Positions 62,790 to 64,000 of a DNA stretch of 64,000 nucleotides are shown here, one piece after another; the first letter of the stretch is position 1, and every line of letters starts with the position of its first letter. The stretch is from an uncultured Gammaproteobacteria bacterium. Lineage in GTDB: Bacteria > Pseudomonadota > Gammaproteobacteria > JACCXJ01. The stretch is from assembly GCA_963764725.1 (NCBI GenBank), contig CAVXTM010000005.1, positions 32,001-96,000 of the forward strand. The letters run 5' to 3'. The position numbers and the translations under genes are program-made. The notes beneath the pieces were generated by a model. That model had not been told where the DNA came from, made no database searches, and saw only the letters and a list, made by a program, of their open reading frames with translations.

Positions 62790-64000
62790 GGAGAAATCAT
62801 TGCCGAAAGTACTCTGGAAAGACGCGGAAGGCGAATACGTGGTCACGAACTTTCCGCCATGCCAGGAGCGTCTTGCTTCAGCTCTTAATGGCTGCGGCAC
62901 TTTCCAGTCTGACCCTACCGAACGTGGCGCGGGCGCTGGAGCCCTCTAAGTCCGAACCGCCGATCGAGGAGCGCGTTCAGGCGCTGATCCCGGATGTCGA
63001 GGCCTACATTGCAAGCGGGATGAAGGCATTCGATGTACCCGGCATCGCCATCGGTATCGTCGCAAACGATCGGCTTATCTACGGAAAGGGTTTTGGTGTG
63101 CGCAGCAAGGTCGGTGGTGTGCCGGTCGATACGCGCACTGTCTTCCAGATCGGCTCAACCACCAAAGCATTTCTCGCCGCGACGATGGCCTTGATGGTCG
63201 ATCGCGGCAAGTTGCGGTGGGACGACCGCGTTGTCGACCTCGATCCGGATTTTCAGCTAAAGGATCCTTGGGTCACGCGCGAGTTCCGTATCTTCGACCT
63301 CCTCGCTCAGCGCTCCGGGCTCCCACCCTACGCCAACGATATGTTGGGCATGCTCGGGATTGAGGAACCGGCGCTGATCCGCTCCCTGCGCCATGTCGAA
63401 CCGGTGTCCAGCTTCCGCTCGACCTTCGCCTATACCAACATTACGCATCTCTTGGCTGGTCGCATCGTGGCGAAGGCTGCGGCCGCTCCGGACGGAGATA
63501 CTGTCCTTCGTCAGGAACTGCTCGATCCCCTGGGCATGAAGGATTCGTCTTACACTGCCGAAGCCATCGTAGCTGCGGCGAACCATGCTGTTGGTCACCG
63601 CTGGACACCTGAGGGCACGATCGAAGTACCCTTCACGCAACTTTTTCCTTACGACTTCGGCGGGGCCGGCGACATCAATTCCACCATCGAGGATATGGCG
63701 CGCTGGGTTCGGTTGCAGCTTGGCAACGGCAGCTTCGAGGGGCGCCGCATCGTCTCGCCCGAGAATCTTGCCTTAACCCGCACTCCAAAGGTCGCGATGT
63801 CCGACAAAGTCTCCTACGCGCTAGGTTGGGCCGTCCAACAGACGCCGAACGGCAACATCGTTTGGCACAACGGAGGCACGAACGGCTTCGGCGCCTATGT
63901 CGGCATGGTGCCTGACAGAAATATCGGCGTCATCGTCCTCACCAACGAAGAGAATGTGGGCTTTCCGGATGCGATCGGGCTGTACATTGTGGACCGGATT
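62786..64000 (+). CDS. Serine hydrolase (class C beta-lactamase-like), 3'-truncated by window edge
   Basis: Hand translation: VPGIAIG, FQIGSTTK (SxxK), YTN, WHNGG; absent from ORF track because no stop in window; start 62786 or 62888. Confidence 0.9.
   Translation, partial: MRRNHCRKYSGKTRKANTWSRTFRHARSVLLQLLMAAALSSLTLPNVARALEPSKSEPPIEERVQALIPDVEAYIASGMKAFDVPGIAIGIVANDRLIYGKGFGVRSKVGGVPVDTRTVFQIGSTTKAFLAATMALMVDRGKLRWDDRVVDLDPDFQLKDPWVTREFRIFDLLAQRSGLPPYANDMLGMLGIEEPALIRSLRHVEPVSSFRSTFAYTNITHLLAGRIVAKAAAAPDGDTVLRQELLDPLGMKDSSYTAEAIVAAANHAVGHRWTPEGTIEVPFTQLFPYDFGGAGDINSTIEDMARWVRLQLGNGSFEGRRIVSPENLALTRTPKVAMSDKVSYALGWAVQQTPNGNIVWHNGGTNGFGAYVGMVPDRNIGVIVLTNEENVGFPDAIGLYIVDRI

Overview
GC-rich bacterial chromosome segment. 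The housekeeping genes (pyrC-rnt, alaC-hom-thrC, rlmKL, tsaB, cpdA) and the fimT-pilVWXY1E cluster divergent from algZ(fimS)-algR point to a gammaproteobacterium. No rRNA, tRNA or CRISPR array was seen. Left arm: two tandem atypical Hsp70 genes, a 2x cNMP-rhodanese-coiled-coil protein, and an unclassified ~1.68 kb mobile element (10560-12243) bounded by TTAG, lacking terminal inverted repeats and encoding a possible Rep_trans-like enzyme. The 40.5-51.5 kb region is a decayed mobile-element hotspot: an integrase-less attC cassette cluster, ISL3, IS630, an IS256 fragment, two RAYT remnants with REP/REPIN repeats, and toxin-antitoxin remnants. It also holds a class-E-like group II intron inserted in sense orientation inside the GTTAGGC core of an attC site. 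Right arm: CopA and an FkbH-ACP-MBOAT-SGNH/DltD-like operon predicted to glyceroylate an envelope polymer. A ~45-nt hairpin module occurs twice, once in-frame in the unclassified transposase and once inside a MITE. All family calls come from motif recognition by eye, not database searches. Some frameshifts may be long-read sequencing errors.
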